Origin: Phoronis australis | Taxonomy: Eukaryota; Animalia; Phoronida | Assembly: GCA_002633005.1 (NCBI GenBank) | Contig: NMRA01000031.1 | Location: 1,234,750-1,298,749 of the forward strand | DNA length: 64,000 bases | Reading direction: 5' to 3' | Shown here: positions 1 to 10,962 of the stretch, in pieces | How the letters are laid out: the number at the start of each line of letters is the position of its first letter | How positions within the stretch are numbered: the stretch's first letter is position 1 | Notes under the pieces: generated by a model | Databases searched by the model: none | What the model was told of the DNA's origin: nothing | Seen by the model: only the letters and a program-made list of their open reading frames with translations | Made by a program: the position numbers and the translations under genes

Positions 1-681
1 TACCGATTCTGTGTAGACTACCGGAAGTTGAACGCAGTGACCAGGAAAGATGCCTATCCTCTCCCACGCATAGACACCTGCCTAGATTCCCTCGCGGGCA
101 TGTCATGGTTTACCACCCTTGACATGGCCAGTGGATATTGGCAGGTGCCAATGGCCAAGAAAGACAGGTCAAAGACTGCATTCGCCACTCATAGGGGTCT
201 TTTTGAGTTCACGTCTATGCCTTTTGGTCTGGCAAATGCACCATCTAGTTTTGAGCGTTTGGTAGAGAAGGTTTTTGCGGGAATGCAATGGGACAAGTGT
301 TTACTGTATATTGACGACATCCTGGTCTTTGCAAAGACTTTCGATGACGCCCTCTGCGATCTCCGAGCAGTTTTTCTATGGTTGCGGGAGGCCGGTCTGC
401 GACTTAAGCTGACTAAGTGCAGTCTGTTTCGGAGGGAGGTACCTTTCCTAGGCCACGTAGTGTCTGAGGCAGGAGTAAGTTGTGACACTGAAAAGGTTGC
501 TGCAGTTGCAGATTGGGAGACACCATCCTCAGTTTCGGAAGTACGCAGTTTCCTTGGATTGGCCTCATATTACCGGAGATTCATTCCTGACTTCTCCACT
601 GTTGCTGCACCGTTGTCACGTTTGACCGGGAAGAACCAACGATTCGAGTGGGATGACACGTGCCAATTGGCATTTGACTAG
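1..681 (+). pseudogene. pol: Gypsy reverse transcriptase domain (premature TAG at 679-681)
   Basis: YRFCVDYRKLN, YPLPRID, LDMASGYWQV, MPFGLANAP and YIDD motifs; the frame continues past the stop. Confidence 0.95.
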
Positions 682-1130
682 CTGAAGATACTGCTTACCA
701 ACCATCCAGTGTTAGCGTATCCCCGGCGGCAGGGAAGGTTTATCCTTGACACGGATGCATCGGCCTTTGGCATCTCAGGAGCACTATCTCAGGAACAGGA
801 TGGCGAGGAGAGGGTCATCGCCTATGCCAGCCAAACTCTGTCAGCGTCACAACAGCGCTACTGCATCACGTATCGTGAACTTTTGGCTGTTGTTACGTTT
901 GTTAAGTGGTTCCGGCATTATTTGTGGGGTCGCAACTTCCTTATAAGAACAGACCATCATTCCCTGAAGTGATTAAAGAATTTTAAAGAACCCGTCGACA
1001 TGGTTGCCAGGTGGATAGCGGTTCTCGACACATATGACTACGAGATTAAGCACCGGAATGGTAATCACCACGGTAACGCTGATGGTTTGTCCCGGAAACC
1101 GTATCGCAGATACCAGCGATCTGATTGTGA
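682..1130 (+). pseudogene. pol: Gypsy RNase H domain (in-frame TGA at 970-972)
   Basis: FILDTDAS, RVIAYAS, YRELLAVV, IRTDHHSL and HGNADGLSR motifs. Confidence 0.93.
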
Positions 1131-1283
1131 CCAATGTGCTGGTCAACGAGTTGTCGCTGCAGTGCGACGGGGAATACGTGTCACCAAGGAAAGTGAAACC
1201 CTGAGAGTGATGCCTGGCTGCCTACCTGGAATAAAGATGAGCTTCGTACTCTGCAACAGAACGATAAGGTCATAGGTCCAGTT

Positions 1284-2756
1284 GTGAAATTCATGTCTGA
1301 GTCCTCGGAGAAGCCTGAGCTTAAAGCTATATTGGGGCACTCCTGGGGTACCGGGCGTTTGTTTTCTGAGTGGAACCTTTTGCTCTTGCAGGATGGTGTT
1401 CTGTATCGGCGTTGGATCGATGTCCGTGGCGGCGGTGATCGAATGGTGGTTGTACTTCCACATCAATTACGGAGTCAGGTTCTCCAGCTGACGCATGACG
1501 CAAGGACAGCGGGACATCTTGGTCGCGACAAGACTATTAGGACCATCCGTTCTCGTTTCTTCTGGCCAGGGCTGCAGAGTGAAGTTTCCAGGTGGTGCAA
1601 GCGTTGCGAGATGTGCGCACGTCGCAAACCAGGTCCGGGCAGAGGTCGCGCACCACTTCAGCAGGGGCAAGCAGGCGCTCCATTCCAGCGCACTGCTTTG
1701 GACATACTTGGTCCTCTTCCAAAGTTGTACAATGACATGGAATACATCATGGTGGTCGGAGACTACTGTACCAAGTGGACGGAAGCTTATGCCTTACCAA
1801 ACCACACGGCTCAGACAGTCGCAGACAAACTCGGGACAGAGTTTATCTCCAGATTTGGTGTACCAGCGTACATCCATTCTCATCAGGGTCGGGAGTTTGA
1901 AAGTAACTTGTTCTCTGAACTTTGTCAATTGCTCGGAATGCAGAAGACTAGAACCACCCCATATCGTCCGCAATCCGATGGCATGGTGGAGCGGTTTAAT
2001 CGCAAGGTCCAAGGGATGTTGGCCATGTTTGTAGACAAGCATTGGAGGGACTGGGACGACCATCTACCGTACGTCATGATGGCATATCGTTCTTCAGAGC
2101 ATGACAGCACTGATTTCACACCATACAAGTTATTGTTCGGTCGGGAGATGTCGCTACATTTGGATGTTATAGCTGGTAACCCTCCTGATGGTGTTGTGTC
2201 AGAATGTGCCAGTGAATACAACGAGTGGCTAAGTCAGACGCTGGAGGACGCCCGGAGCTTTGCTTGGGAGGCGTTGAATTCAAGTTTTCAGCGGCTGAAG
2301 AAGTACTACGATGCCCGAGAGAAATTTCGCAAATTTCGTGATGTGGACTGGGTCTTCCGATGGTACCCTCCAACTGCTAACCAGAAACTTGGTCTTGGGT
2401 GGGTGGGTCCCTACACGATAGTTAGACGAGTAAGTGATGTGCTGTATGAAGTTCAGATTTGAACTGATATGCCCAAAATTGTAGTCCATGTTGATCATTT
2501 GAAGCCATGGCATGGGCCTACTGGAGTTCACGAGGGATGAGATGTCACTCCGGAGCCTGATCAGGGGGCGGAGGTGGTAAGCTCAGAAGAGGTCGACAGT
2601 GAAGTGTGTTCTGGCTCTTTGGACATTCTGAGTGAAGCTGAGAATGATGTTTCTTCGGGTACTGACTGCCGTGGCGCTGTCCACGCTGCAGCAAGTACAC
2701 CAGTTGTTCGCAACTGCCGAGGCAGGTTGATCAAGAAACCGGCCCGGTTTCTATAA
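1284..2756 (+). pseudogene. pol: Gypsy integrase with HHCC, DDE core, GPY motif and basic tail; disrupted
   Basis: THDARTAGHLG...CKRCEMC; ALDILGP / IHSHQG (usual HSDQG Asp replaced by His) / GMVER; WVGPY; TGA at 2460-2462 then VVHVDHLKP; tail RGRLIKKPARFL ending at 2756; frameshifted relative to RNase H. Confidence 0.93.
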
Positions 2757-2784
2757 TGTTTTTTTATTTTGTTTCTTCTTGCAG

Positions 2785-3256
2785 AGACCTTCAGCCAGAT
2801 CTTGCAGAGGTGGAGCAACTTGTGGGGAAGCCAGAGGAGGCCACCAGCCAATCTCGACCCGTATACAAGTGCGCCGAGTGTGACAGGACGTTCACCAAAT
2901 TTTACACGCTGAAGCGGCACGAAAAGACTTGCTCACCGTTAATTAAACTTACCTGTTGTTCACATTGTAAGCGTAGGTTTTCAGCTAGGCACGCGTGCCG
3001 AAAACACCAACGCAAGACCGGCCACGACGGAACGACAGAAATACTGGTTCAGAACTGGAAACTTGCAAAGGCTGTCGCTGCTGCAGAACGCCGGCGAGAG
3101 GTAGACGCCAGAAGGGACATTCCCCAGCCATTTCCTGAAGTGACGGTGGCGCGAGACGAGGCAGTGCATTGGGACCGAGAAGGCCGGATGTATGTCTCCC
3201 CCAAACAGCACTGGTTCTGCATCCCCGTCGAGCCATACCGCCATTATATTAGCTAG
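2785..3256 (+). CDS. Retrotransposon-internal exon encoding two C2H2-type zinc fingers
   Basis: Long polypyrimidine tract and TTGCAG acceptor (AG 2783-2784); YKCAECDRTFTKFYTLKRHEKTC and CSHCKRRFSARHACRKHQRKTGH; open to TAG at 3254-3256. Confidence 0.8.
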
Positions 3257-3512
3257 CTAGTGTTTTTAGTTCGTTTGTATGTCTACAGGTGATGGCCGCA
3301 CCTTAATTGTTTTCTTTTATTCATTTTTTGTATTAGTTTGATTTTTTTATCATGGGCAGTGTTACTGTGTAAGTTGCTCGATTAACTTCATGGTGTTTGG
3401 ATAGTTTCTTTTTGTCGTTATTAGTTTGATTTTGATATCGATATGTTTAAGTGATTTGAAGTTCACTCGTTTGTTTTGTTTTTTATTATCAGTCACGGGT
3501 GTGACATGATCT

Positions 3513-3525
3513 GAGGCAGGGGGAG
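3513..3525 (+). other. Polypurine tract (PPT)
   Basis: GAGGCAGGGGGAG directly before the LTR's TG. Confidence 0.9.
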
Positions 3526-3557
3526 TGTAACAGGAGTGATTATATAACTAAGATATA

Positions 3558-3575
3558 TGCGCCCTCTAGTGGTCA
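3558..3575 (-). promoter_or_regulatory. CTCF-type motif in the LTR
   Basis: Reverse complement TGACCACTAGAGGGCGCA closely matches the CTCF core CCASYAGRKGGCRS. Confidence 0.6.
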
Positions 3576-3949
3576 AGCTGTGTATTACGTATGGAATTTT
3601 CCTATGATTTTTTAGTCCTTTGGATAGGGCCAAATATGGTCAGAATCTAGGAGTTATGGGCCTTGCCCTTCAGATCGTGTCTGATTGGTTGAAATTGTGT
3701 ACTTAAGCTTTGTCTCTGTCAGACACGAGGAGTCCAGTCGCAGAGTTCAAGAAGCAAACATTTACACCTTCACTCACACCAAATTGCAACTGTTTGTGCA
3801 GCTTTCGGGCTCCTCCCGAACTTGGTTGCATCTCACCTTTCGGATCTGAATAACCAAATTGCCCCGTTCTTGCACACACAACTATTAATCAAAGACTGGC
3901 GTGCCCGTGTATCAAAACTGTATAAATCACAACGCTGCGATACTAAATC

Positions 3950-3969
3950 ATGGAACAACTGGATTGCTT
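3950..3969 (+). CDS. Putative LTR-encoded first coding mini-exon (MEQLDC + TT)
   Basis: ATG in aaatcATGG context (A at -3, G at +4), followed by a GTAAGT donor at 3970-3975, phase 2. Confidence 0.55.
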
Positions 3970-4658
3970 GTAAGTGTGAAATATTGTAGTTATATATTCT
4001 CACAATAAACCTAGTATGTATTATTCACCAACTTTTAGTTTTCAATATCACCCTCAGTCCGCACCGGGCTCGTAAAATCGGGGCGCCTTGGTCGTAGATG
4101 CCGCCCCCGTTACACATTATTCCACATCCGCTTTTCGTCAAAAACAAGTCAATTTAAGCCACCTGAAGGGTAACAAACACGGTTTTGGATTATTTACTGA
4201 TAATAAAAATGATGTTCCCATCTGGTTCTCTGAAAAAATAACGCCCTGTAACCCTCGAAACCCTCAAATGTTGCGAGCAAAATTTGAAAACTCCCCGGGC
4301 TTACAAACTATGTTCGGGGCGCGCGTGACCTTGGCTTTAGGCGAGTACATTCACCAACTGTAAGGAGATACTACCCGACAAGAACCATGGTATCCTATCT
4401 GTAACATAGAAAGAATGAGTTTTATATGAATCTTCCTGGGACCCCAGTTCTTCACAAGAGCAGTGTTTCATTAACCGTTATTAACCACTCTCAAATTCAT
4501 CCTTGTACGAGATTTTTGCCGGACGTAGGAAGACCGCGCTCAACGAATATAGTGACTTAATTATACACGTGTATTTTTGCAAAGTTTTATAGTCTTTTTC
4601 ACTGCACATTTGTAGACAGGTTACTGATTAACTCTGGTTCGCCTAATTGTTCTACCAG

Positions 4659-4847
4659 GTCAACAGTCCACGGTCTCTCCGACCTCGGCAGTCCAGTGCA
4701 GTTCGGCAGTGACGATTTAGCTGGGGATCCAACTTCCAACGTAGACAGAGTGTCCTACCGACTCCCTAAATTATCTCCAAGGACAGGCGATAGTGAAGAC
4801 CGCGGTGGCAACAAGGTGTGGAGTCGATATGGGTTTGAGGAAACGAG
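4659..4847 (+). CDS. Unrecognised host gene, internal exon A
   Basis: ctaccag acceptor, GAG/gtacgc donor; open frame STVHGLSDLGSPVQFG...YGFEET; phase 2 to 2. Confidence 0.7.
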
Positions 4848-5272
4848 GTACGCACTCTGAATAGGCTTAAGGTTACGAAGTGACGGTATTAAAAATTCAA
4901 AGCAAATAGAAAATCAGCGGCCTTTTGGCTCATGTATGGCTCGGTATCCTGTAAAAATTTGACGCGAGGACAAAGAAGTAGGAATTACTGCAGTTCGTAG
5001 CATTTTTTTGCTAAGAGAATATTGTAGGATGACTAAAAGTTCTTGAAATGGGCCCTCAGTTTCCTGAGCGTACCGAAGAGAACGGTTCATTTTGGAGGTT
5101 CTGGGACAGTGACATTTTCAGAAAATATGCGTGAGTATTAGAAATAGCGGTCAACGTATCTGAGGAAAACAGTCCTGTTGGTCTCTGCTTTTAAAAGTAG
5201 ACCCTTGTTGAATTTATTTTAATGTCGCGTAAATGTTGAACGTGTAGTACTGGCTAGTTCAATGCATTTCAG

Positions 5273-5431
5273 GCATGACGTATTGGACAGTTGTCCAACG
5301 CCTCTTTTGGGTCATCCGATCCATTACGGACCCAAGTTTGAAAGTGCAATGATCGCCCCAGTTGGTTACCGACCGCCTACTCATCAATACAAACCCACGT
5401 GCAAAACGTGGGATCAGTCCTTATATAGACG
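5273..5431 (+). CDS. Unrecognised host gene, exon B
   Basis: tttcag acceptor, ACG/gtacgt donor; HDVLDSCPTPLLGHPIHYGP...DQSLYR; phase 2 to 2. Confidence 0.72.
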
Positions 5432-6175
5432 GTACGTGTCACGAGTGATATAACGTTATTCAGCCAGATAGCGAATCATTGCAGGTTTATTCCAAAGAAA
5501 ACGATAATGCACTTTTATTGTTTGGACTCATTTTCGATCGAAAGATAATTGAAGGCTAGTTAGTTCTTGTTCGGATTTGATTAAATAACTTGTCAATGTG
5601 ACATTCTTGTTGCTTGAATTGGCTATGACGTATATTGGAGCGATGTGACGACTTTATTACACTGAAACCAAATGTCTCTTTCATGAAAAGTCTGAAATTT
5701 GCTCTAGTGCTCCAAACAACCATTCTTACTTGAGCAAAAGTGCAATCTTTGATAACTGCTGAGTTTATATAAATTATTTTTACACTGTGATGCCTCACAA
5801 TTACTTGGCTAAACTTTTTTCAGCAACTCAATGAAATAGAAACGGAGGACCAAATGTGTCTTTCATGACTTTTAAGAAACAGATTCCTACTCAAAGGTAC
5901 AAGCAATAACATCGAACAGTGCAGGTTACAAAGATTTTCAGTGCACTCTCAACCTGAACCAAATAGCAGCATTTGTCTGCTGTTTTAAAACCCTGGACGT
6001 GAACGGTATAATAAATGAAACAGTGCCATTATTTTCATGTGATGTGGTAGCCTTGTTACGTGGTGTCCTTCATAGTAGTGTCCACACACCTGAACACGGT
6101 AGTATTACGCGAACGAAATAATGTAAGACGATACCACCCACTCTCATGCATATTTGTGTTGTGTTACACTTGCAG

Positions 6176-6302
6176 GTATGCCCGCGTGGCGGCCGTAACG
6201 CCGGCGCCCGTTTGCACGCCGCGTCCAGGCTCACCGACCCCGTCCGTGAAGAGTATTCACTGGACTCTCGGTATGCATCACCATACAAGTTTTGACAAAA
6301 AG
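6176..6302 (+). CDS. Unrecognised host gene, exon C
   Basis: ttgcag acceptor, AAG/gtaagc donor; YARVAAVTPAPVCTPRPGSP...SFDKK; phase 2 to 0. Confidence 0.72.
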
Positions 6303-6882
6303 GTAAGCAAAGTTGGGGTTTCAGTGTCACAGCCAGCTTGCGATAAATTAGTGAATATTTGATGAGGACAGCGCTCGGGTTACTCAGTGAGTGACCGCAA
6401 GGCAAGAAATCAAGCAGGGTCGGCGTTGTATTGCCAGGTTTTCAATGTGTAAACTATAGTAGAATTCTTTGTTCTCCCGATATGTCGAATTTCAACTGCT
6501 TAACACAACAGTCTACCGCTACTGCCAAAAGTGCAGTGTTAGATCATGTACAATGTGTGATTTAGACATAGTATGTCGAGTTTTAGTGTCTGATTGAACA
6601 AAGGAAAATTGAATTCAAGCTGTTGAAAGTAATCATTCAGTTATCAGCCACGGTAGCCTAATTTGAAAATCACAAAGCAGAGTCAGCGGAAATGAATTGA
6701 AAATTACACTTCCATCTTTTTATTAGAATCGTCAATTGTGAATTTGAACTAGACATGAAATAGTTGATGGAAACGCCGTCATAACAAAATCAAACTTTTT
6801 TGATTCATTGAACTCGCCCGATTTCAATCCTCAAATTACGGATTTCTGGACTTGGAAAAATGTCATTTCGTTATTTCCCCAG

Positions 6883-6954
6883 TCAGACTCAATAAGTGGG
6901 CTTGGTCCAGATGATCAGTTTATGCGCCAAGCCCGCGCGTGTCTCAGACAATAA
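6883..6954 (+). CDS. Unrecognised host gene, terminal coding exon D
   Basis: tttccccag acceptor; SDSISGLGPDDQFMRQARACLRQ-TAA in phase 0; AATAAA at 7472-7477 downstream. Confidence 0.65.
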   Translation, partial: SDSISGLGPDDQFMRQARACLRQ

Positions 6955-7661
6955 CGAACAGTCACTTGTTTCATCTCCCGTTCTTCCCACTTGCACAATA
7001 ATGACTCGAACCTGTAAGTTGTCGAGACCAAGATGGCGCGACAAGGTCTCAACTCGAAAGTAAACTTTTGACGGAAGGCGAGTTCATATCACCAAGTTAA
7101 CTTATGACGTTGCGATTCCACTCCTCATTTCCAGGGCAAGACTCATGTGCAGGGGCCTTACTCTCGCGGCCTGACGGTCACGTGTTGCGCGCCAACAAAC
7201 TGGCTTAGAATGAAATGGGGACCACGATCACGGACGGTGCTGTTCTAAGAATATGTTTACGTGCTCGGAAATAAGAGGTGAAAGGAATGGTGACCAAATG
7301 ACATTTAGCGTCAGCGACACTGCGAAATTTTGCTACTAGTCTTGTCGCAACGATCGATTGCCTCAGCGAGCAACTGTGCTGATGCAAGCAAACGAAGCGT
7401 TGACTTAAGCGTGCGTGTGCCAAATCTCAACTTGTGTTACGTGTTTGAGTGACTTATTTTTACAAGATGCGAATAAACTGTTTATATTTGTTCACAACGG
7501 CAGTTTTCCTCAAACAGCCTAGGATCATATCTGACAGAAGTATTGTATAATTGTTGTTACTGATTTCCGTAAGTAGGTACGTTTTAAACTTTGTTGGTAA
7601 AAACCACTTCATTTCCGAAATCTATAGGTCTATTTACACCAACCTCTAGACTATTTACATT

Positions 7662-7704
7662 GGCACGTTTCGGTCAGTCATTTCTCTGACCATCTTCAGG
7701 TGTT
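7662..7704 (-). ncRNA. Degenerate hammerhead-ribozyme-like motif (Penelope pLTR type)
   Basis: Minus strand CTGAAGA-T-GGTCAG-agaaatga-CTGACC-GAAAC; stem I and cleavage triplet not intact. Confidence 0.45.
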
Positions 7705-10700
7705 ACAGCGTTCTTAAAAGAATGAGCAAGAAGTTGGAGTAAACAGCCATATAAACTTGGCAATCATGTTACTACGTCACCACTCAGAGCGGTTTTAGGA
7801 ATTTAAAAAAGCACATTGAGCACAGAACAGTTGGTTACATATGCAGTGTCCAACCACGCCAAAAACAGCACTCGAATATCACCGATAACACGTATAGTTT
7901 GCAGGGCCTGGAATGACCCCAGACAAAGAGAGGAAAAATTTCCAGGTGATGTATTGTTCTATAAATAAGTAGGCTTATAGGATAAAAATATTTTTTGTGT
8001 TGTAAAGTTAAAGTGCAAAAAATGTTTTTGCACGAATGAAGGCAAAATAATGATTAAAAAGATGAAACTGGAAATAAAAGGAAATGGAAACCGAAAAAGA
8101 GGAAATCTTATTGAAAGAGGAAAATTCCAAGACCTGAGTATGAGACGCTAACTCATAGAATGCTATTGAGAAACACAGAAACTTTATCACAGCAAAGCAC
8201 GCCACCCACAAGAGCCAGTCCACGTCTGTAATAAATCTCACAACCATGGCACCTCAAGTAGGCGAGCCCCCATTTTTCAAACCCTTCACAACAAAATTCC
8301 CAGTCTTGCTTTCAAAGGAACAAGGTGAGATAAAAGCATTGTTATATTTATACCATTCCAACAATGCTACATAAGCAAAGTTAACAGTAAATGAAGAGCA
8401 TGACCAGTTGCGAGGATCGACTGAGTAAAACCAGGAGTTATCTGGAAAGAAACAAAATTGCCAACAATGTCGCTGGAAGAGGCACTAAATCTTTTTTACA
8501 ATAACAAGGCGTGAATCATGACTAAACAAGGGGTCAAAAGGCTATTGGCAGGTAATGTACAACAAGCAGCACCATGATCTCGCAAAGTTTGACTAGTGAG
8601 CAACCAGTGTTACTCAACTCTCCACAAAAATCGCTTTGCTTCAAGTTTGGGAGAAAAAAACTTAGCTGCTTTCCCATAGCAAAGGGAGAACATGGTCAAA
8701 AATATTTCTTTTTGAGAACTAAACAGATATCATAAAAAATCTCAAACAAGCAGAACTCAAATTTAGTGCCTCTTCAAACAAAACAAATAAGTTATGCTGA
8801 TTGAAGTCTCCAACCTCAATGTAAAACTGTAATATAGATATAATCAGTATCCAACATTCAACAAGAATGTCTAGTCTCCTGATTACGAATAATCCTCTAA
8901 AATGCAACAGTTTATGTTCTTAACCTATTTCTATGTCATAATGATTTACCATAACTCGTTGATTTCATGAATGCAGGGAGCATTTTTACACTAAGTTCTT
9001 TCTTAACTGACTACCCGTTATCATAGTTTTACGTATAACATATCAATATAACGTGCACTATGCAATAATCGATATAGCTGTAACACATAGCTGATAAAAA
9101 CAGCCTATAAAATTGGACTACAAAGAACAACGGAACACCTTGGTGTCGCTTAAATACACAATGTTTCTCAACAATGCACTCATACTTCAGTAACGTGCAT
9201 GGGGTTCAAATTCACTTTCCCTGGATCGGACTCTGCGCCTGGGTCTACCTTACTGTGAAAGTAGGTGCGGAAGCCACGATGTGTTCTGCATGCACAGGAA
9301 TGACAAACGGCTCAGTTTTGGAGAAAGAAAATTTATCGGTGATGCTACTGGAAACTCCATTACATCACGGAAGTGCAAAGACAATTGTTTTTCGTCTCGA
9401 GTTACTTAAACAAGCACTTAAGTTGGTTTAAGTTCATGTTTGATCTTTATGAACTGGAACCACAAATCCCGTTTCTAAGGGCAAGCGTAGATGAAAAGCT
9501 GCGAGCTGAGCTGTCATCCTTGAGTGAACTATAGCTCAGTTCCAAGCTCAATGCTGGTTACTGCATAATGTTTACTACGAATGTAATGAATGGGTCAGAG
9601 ATCAAAATGCTTACTGACCTATTTATTGTAGTGGTAGTAAATCGTGCAATTTATTACTCACAGTTACAATGGGACTAAGTACTTAGCTCATGTGACCCAC
9701 ATGGTGTGAGAATTTACTTACGCCAGATAAAAAAGTCACCAAATGAGACATTCACCTCGCCAGACAAATCCTCACTGTTCATTTTGTTGCAGACATGAGC
9801 TATAAGCGGGTAAGTAGCTCTTCGACTGCGCTCGCCCTAAGTCGATAAACAACACAGTTATTGTTCTTTGAAGTGCGAGACCATTTTGGGACACCCTGTA
9901 CATAGAGCCACACCCTGGCCCCACCTGTATACGAAAGCATCTACCTGTTCAGGTAGCAGACTATGCACTTAGGGGTCAAGTATCTAACTTCTGTACAGAT
10001 CAATGCAGGGTAGCCCTTTGGACCAGGGGTATTCTGCAATTTTACAAAATTTTCCCGCCATTCAGCAGCATCTCTTTATGTCTCTTACTGAGAATGAAAC
10101 CCTCGGACATATTATTCATTACAAGTCACATTGCTATCATTACATTTCTTATTAAATTGATAATTTACACTACCAAGCATAGCAATAGTTACATTACCAG
10201 AATACAATTAAGCCTGGACTCACAACCTGTCATAACTACAAACAGTAGTGGCTTAAGCACTCAAGCAATTTAAAAATATCAAATAAATAAACACTTTAGA
10301 CACTACCAGTAACTACAGAACTGTGCCAAGCCCGAATCTGAACAGACTTCCATGACAAATAGCCAACATTAAATGATATAATAAGTATTTTGTAAGCAGT
10401 ACATATTTATAGACAAGCTCTGGTTAAGAAAATATAAACAAGTTATATATTTATACATGTATGGTAATATACGCTTACATATTCATTTACATAATGCCGA
10501 GAAGACCTGGCACATTGCTCGACTTAAGCAATTCTTATAACAAAGATGGTTCTGTAAAGTATTCAGTATCACTGACTTCAGAAACATCCAGGCTCAGAGT
10601 ACAGATTGGACTAGATACGGCAATAGAAGTACATGACCCAAAACCTCTCATAGACAATGTGCTTTGAGTAAATCTTAAATAAGAACACATGTCAACAGTT

Positions 10701-10826
10701 GCCTGACTGTGTTTACATGTACATAAGTTATGAGGTATACTGTCTTGCTATGCTAGGACTAATATAATAACTATGGGGATCACGAAACTGCTAATATTGC
10801 TGAGCTGTGACCCCGGGGTCAGCTGT

Positions 10827-10962
10827 TCACTTCTTGTCAATCATCACCTTGGTGACGAAGTTGACTATAGCACTTGCTGGTTGGTCGGGGTCAATCTCGG
10901 CAAAGAGATGACACGCATTGTCACTCAAGCTGCCTTGCTTGCGTGCAACGAATCCAAATATC
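10827..10962 (-). CDS. TNS: Tensin last exon (end of PTB)
   Basis: [47 protein letters not shown]. Confidence 0.95.

Larger units (their letters stand above)
1..4114 (+). mobile_element. Ty3/Gypsy LTR retrotransposon, 3' portion (5' end outside window), decayed
   Basis: Domain order RT-RNaseH-IN, then an extra ORF, a polypurine tract and a TGTAAC...GTTACA LTR. Confidence 0.95.
3526..4114 (+). repeat. 3' LTR (589 bp)
   Basis: Starts TGTAAC after the PPT and ends GTTACA (terminal inverted repeat); AATAAA at 4004-4009; ATTGG (CCAAT box) near 3684. Confidence 0.88.

Noticed and set aside
1495-2034. 179-aa overlapping ORF and antisense ORFs in integrase
   Set aside because: Shadow frames of GC-rich pol with no motifs
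2756-2784. ATG at 2756 as the start of the zinc-finger ORF (MFFYFVSSC)
   Set aside because: These codons are the polypyrimidine tract and acceptor; a spliced start fits better
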